DNA of 64,000 bases, from the NCBI RefSeq assembly GCF_964188315.1, contig NC_135658.1, positions 80,104,001 to 80,168,000 on the forward strand. The letters are read 5' to 3'. Under the pieces are notes generated by a model that was not told the DNA's origin, ran no database searches, and worked only from the letters and a program-made list of their open reading frames with translations. This document shows, piece by piece, positions 62,060 through 64,000 of this stretch. Numbering within the stretch: position 1 is the stretch's first letter; every line of letters starts with the position of its first letter. This stretch comes from Podarcis muralis (Eukaryota). A program made the translations under genes and the position numbers.

Positions 62060-62715
62060 TATTTGGAAGGGTTGTCAGAGGACAATCCCCTGTTTAAAGG
62101 ACACCCTGGTCCAAGTCTGGCTTAAAGGATAAAGAAGGGAGAGCAGGGAGTGTGTGGATGTTGTCCACCAGTAGTTTGCACCTGAATAGCAGACTGAACA
62201 CAGGTTGCCCAGGCACAGTCCTCCCTGTGATGGTGAAGTGTATTTCTGTGCAAATCTGTGCCCTCTTTTCAGGTGATGCTTGCCCACTTGTTGGCATCAC
62301 ATTAAGACCATCCTAGAAAGGAGTGTTGGAAGAAGGGAAGGCCAGACAATGGAGTGGGATAGGTGAAAGAACATTGGAAGAGAGACTGGTCCAAGATGGA
62401 AGGTGTATATGTAACTAGAAGCTGCACAGATGGCGAAGGCCAAAGTTCATATGTTGTTTTGATATAACCAGTCAAAGCAGCAGTCATCAAGTCCCATTTA
62501 TTTCAACAAACTGCAAGAGGACAGAGCTGGTGTATTGTGTCCAGAATTAACATAACAAAGGTACTATAATCAGATCTTTGGGATGAATCCATTTTATATT
62601 CTTTCTCCTTTGCCTTCGGATTGCTACCCGCAAAACTCAGTTGGCCTACAATTCCAGCTATGTACAATAGGCACCTCAAAATATAAGGATGGTATTCAAG
62701 TACCTTTTCCTCAGA

Positions 62716-62856
62716 GTAGACTCACTGAAGAGCATATGAGACTCTTAATCTCAGGGTCATGGATTCAAGTTGGGCAAAAAGATTCCTGCATTGGACGGGG
62801 TTGGACTTGATGAGCCTTGTGGTCCCTTCCAGTCCTACAATTCTGTGATTCTGTGA
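62716..62856 (+). mobile_element. tRNA-Lys(CTT)-headed SINE with CR1-type 3' tail
   Basis: ATGAGACTCTTAATCTCAGGGTCATGG...GTCCCTTCCAGTCCTACAATTCTGTGATTCTGTGA. Confidence 0.8.
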
Positions 62857-63871
62857 CTAAGTTAGCACCATTAATTTCAGAGGATCTACTCAGAGTAAAC
62901 ATTAGTTAAATACCACCCACCAATTTACAGTGCGATAGAATGGGAAAATAATTATAATAACTCAGTTGGTAAGAATTAAATAAAAACTCTTACAGTTTAA
63001 ACTAATTATTTTTCCATTGGTTTTTCTATAATTAAAAAACTAAAAAAAGAATCCACCTCAAGTGCCAGAAACAGGAGATCACAACTACCCACTGACAAAC
63101 AACTTCACGTTAACTATGTTCCTATCTCTCTCTCTGCATGGTAAATTATCCTCTAGAGGAAAGGAAAAAAGGAGGGGTTATGATAGTAACGGAACAGTAA
63201 TTATAATTTTATGCTGTAATTTAGTATATGAGCTAAAGAAAAGCCCCATAGAAAGCTGCCTGTGCTATTGATCTGAGATGAAAAGGCATCTTCTGCTTTT
63301 GTTTACACTGGCGGAAAACAATAGGACTGAGCTTCATGTTGGCTAGAAGAAAATTGGACCAAAAAAAAAAAAGGAGTCTGCAGGCATTTTGTCAAATTGC
63401 AAGAAATGTTAGTGCACATTAGAAGGCCTAACTGATCTAGCAACAAATAAAATGTTACCTTAAACATAGCATTTTGATAGGACAAGTGGGACCTGCAACC
63501 AAATGTTGCAGTATGAAGTGTTCCTCCTCAGTGTGCCAGCCAAAAAGCCATGCCCTTTCAGAATACTCTATTCTGTTCCAGCTGCCCCAGGTTGTTGGTT
63601 TTGTTTTTTGTTTTTGTTTTGCTGCATTTCTGCAAACCATGAGGTTTCCCTGAGCGCACTATTTTTCAGTGGCCCAGCTTTGGCTACAATCCTCTTAGCA
63701 CTCACTACCAGAGTTCACTATTGGAGGAAGTAACGGATGACAAGCAAGCTTGGGAAGTGGAAGTCTGGGTATAAAATTGTGGGTGTTGTATGATAGAGAG
63801 CATTATACCCCCAGTCTACAGAATGTTGGAGCGAGTCTTGGGTCCACACAGTTTACCCCACTTACTTAGTA

Positions 63872-64000
63872 CAGCGGTACCTTGGGTTACATACACTTCA
63901 GGTTACAGACTCCGCTAACCCAGAAATAGTTCCTCGGGTTAAGAACTTTGCTTCAGGATGAGAACAGAAATCGGGTTCTGGCAGTGCGGCGGCAGTGGGA
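63872..64000. mobile_element. Tc1/mariner MITE, same family in opposite orientation, truncated by the window end
   Basis: TA|CAGCGGTACCTTGGGTTAC...CAGACTCCGCTAACCCAGAAATAG. Confidence 0.85.

Noticed and set aside
1-64000. Known miRNA, snoRNA or rRNA genes, CRISPR arrays and prokaryotic defence systems
   Set aside because: I recognised no conserved mature miRNA or rRNA sequence by eye, and the DNA is clearly eukaryotic. An Infernal/Rfam scan would be needed to exclude small RNAs.

Overview
This is vertebrate genomic DNA, not prokaryotic. It is squamate, probably a lacertid lizard, inferred from Sauria SINEs, BovB and the MITE families present. I could not support any host protein-coding exon. 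The long ORFs in the track come from N-gaps, GC-rich minisatellites or decayed LINEs. The window reads as intronic or intergenic sequence with one CpG-enriched, promoter-like block (about 7.9-9.3 kb), several motif-dense putative enhancers and four assembly gaps. It carries many transposable elements: 8 Sauria SINE loci, tRNA-Lys/CR1-tail and CORE-type SINEs, L1, L2, CR1, BovB and RTE fragments, a probable solo LTR, and Tc1/mariner, hAT and PIF/Harbinger-type MITEs, often nested. The most notable object is at 49.8-50.2 kb: a perfect 167-bp inverted repeat of a Penelope-like pseudo-LTR that places an intact minimal hammerhead ribozyme core on each strand, with convergent TATA-like motifs. Other notable structures are a Sauria SINE compound with heads at both ends inside one 20-bp TSD, a 1.4-kb hAT element carrying hairpin-unit GC minisatellites and a captured Tc1/mariner-type end, and two miRNA-precursor-sized hairpins. 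Family names come from recalled consensus features, not from database searches.
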